DNA of 35,746 nucleotides from Holosporales bacterium (GTDB lineage Bacteria; Pseudomonadota; Alphaproteobacteria; RUG11792): NCBI GenBank assembly GCA_031281515.1, contig JAITFF010000021.1, positions 1 to 35,746 of the forward strand, read 5' to 3'. Shown piece by piece: positions 35,128 to 35,746 of this stretch (position 1 is its first letter; each line of letters starts with the position of its first letter). The notes under the pieces were generated by a model. It saw only the letters and a program-made list of their open reading frames with translations, ran no database searches and was not told where the DNA came from. The position numbers and the translations under genes were made by a program.

Positions 35128-35586
35128 ATGAAGATGAGGAAATTCAACCGGTTGAGCCCCCAAAAGAGGAACAAAATTTTTTTGTGCTTTGCAGAGGATT
35201 TAACTGCCACTACGACAGCAAAGATTGTTGGAGTCAATCGTAACACCGTCAATGCGTACTATCAGGAAATCAGGAATAAGATTCTCAAGAGATGTATGGA
35301 AGAATCTCTCGTAGATGGTGGAGAGTTTGAGCTGGATGAATCGTACTTTGGAGCTAAGAGAATTAGAGGGAAGAGAGGCCGTGGGGCAGCTGGGAAAACA
35401 CCTGTATTTGGTCTACTCAAAAGAGGAGGAAAGGTGTTTGTATCAGTGGTACCAAACTGCTCTCGTGAAGAACTGATGCCTATCATACAGGGGAAGATAC
35501 TAGCTGGGTCAACCATTCATACAGATGGTTGGAAAGCTTATGATGGCCTTATCCTTAATGGGTATGATCACTATAAGGTGTGTTAA
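35128..35586 (+). mobile_element. IS1595-family (ISXO2-like) transposase gene, 3'-truncated
   Basis: 152 aa. N-terminal HTH (LTATTTAKIVGVNRNTVNAYYQEIR) then ELDESYFGAKRIRGKRGRGAAGKTPVFGLLKRGGKVFVSVVPNCSREELMPII...IHTDGWKAYDGLILNGYDHYKV. This is a typical ISXO2-like DDE N-terminal half, and the usual continuation (NH..eFv...hiNgiEnfW) is missing. Confidence 0.85.
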
Positions 35587-35746
35587 CAAACCTCTAATTT
35601 CAAAATTGCTAGAGCTAAGAAGCTGGTAAACGTCGAGTCCAATTTCTCGTAACGCATCGCTAACCTCCTGTTTTCCTTGATTCTCTGGAATAAATTTTCA
35701 ACCTTATGTCTCCACTTGTATATAGTCTTGTCGAAGCTGTACGTGT
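35583..35746 (-). mobile_element. IS5-family transposase, C-terminal end (rest outside window), inserted into the IS1595 copy
   Basis: My own translation of the minus strand gives ...TYSFDKTIYKWRHKVENLFQRIKENRRLAMRYEKLDSTFTSFLALAILKLEVC*. This matches the IS5-family C-terminal signature Y..R..vEn.F..iK.fRriatRYdKl...f. The stop is at 35585-35583, directly abutting the truncation point of the IS1595 ORF. Confidence 0.8.

Noticed and set aside
1-35746. Scan for CRISPR arrays, rRNA genes and toxin-antitoxin or known defence-system gene pairs.
   Set aside because: There are no regularly spaced direct repeats and no rRNA-like sequence. No small adjacent ORF pairs show recognisable TA or defence motifs. 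The only tandem or direct repeats are those reported above.

Overview
This window reads as chromosome from a reduced, host-associated alphaproteobacterium. That is an inference from a class I LysRS, TamB, an orphan HK97/GTA-type portal gene, tightly packed overlapping housekeeping genes and many secreted or eukaryote-like orphan genes; I cannot name the organism from sequence alone. The housekeeping backbone is smpB, truA, prmC, nrdD, lysK, tamB, pepF, rpmA-rplU, mtaB, serS, lgt, rne, yifB/comM and two tRNA-Ser genes. Both tRNA-Ser genes have accessory DNA on their 3' side. (i) At the left edge, a split serine-recombinase gene and a BspA-type LRR/proline-rich protein lie next to tRNA-Ser(CGA). 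(ii) From 26.7 to 35.7 kb, a duplicated tRNA-Ser(GCU) 3' end is followed by a GT8-like/OTU-like two-domain protein, a secreted orphan, a decayed FhaB/CdiA-like exoprotein gene of about 1,600 codons (one frameshift, one in-frame TAG, 5' end cut next to an IS) and nested IS1595/IS5 remnants. Other stand-outs are a Myb/SANT (R2R3-like) protein with a signal peptide, an nrdD whose glycyl-radical motif sits in a separate overlapping 57-codon ORF that the ORF track missed, and several low-complexity or repeat-bearing secreted proteins. I saw no CRISPR array, rRNA or complete prophage. All functional calls come from motif recognition by eye, with no database search.
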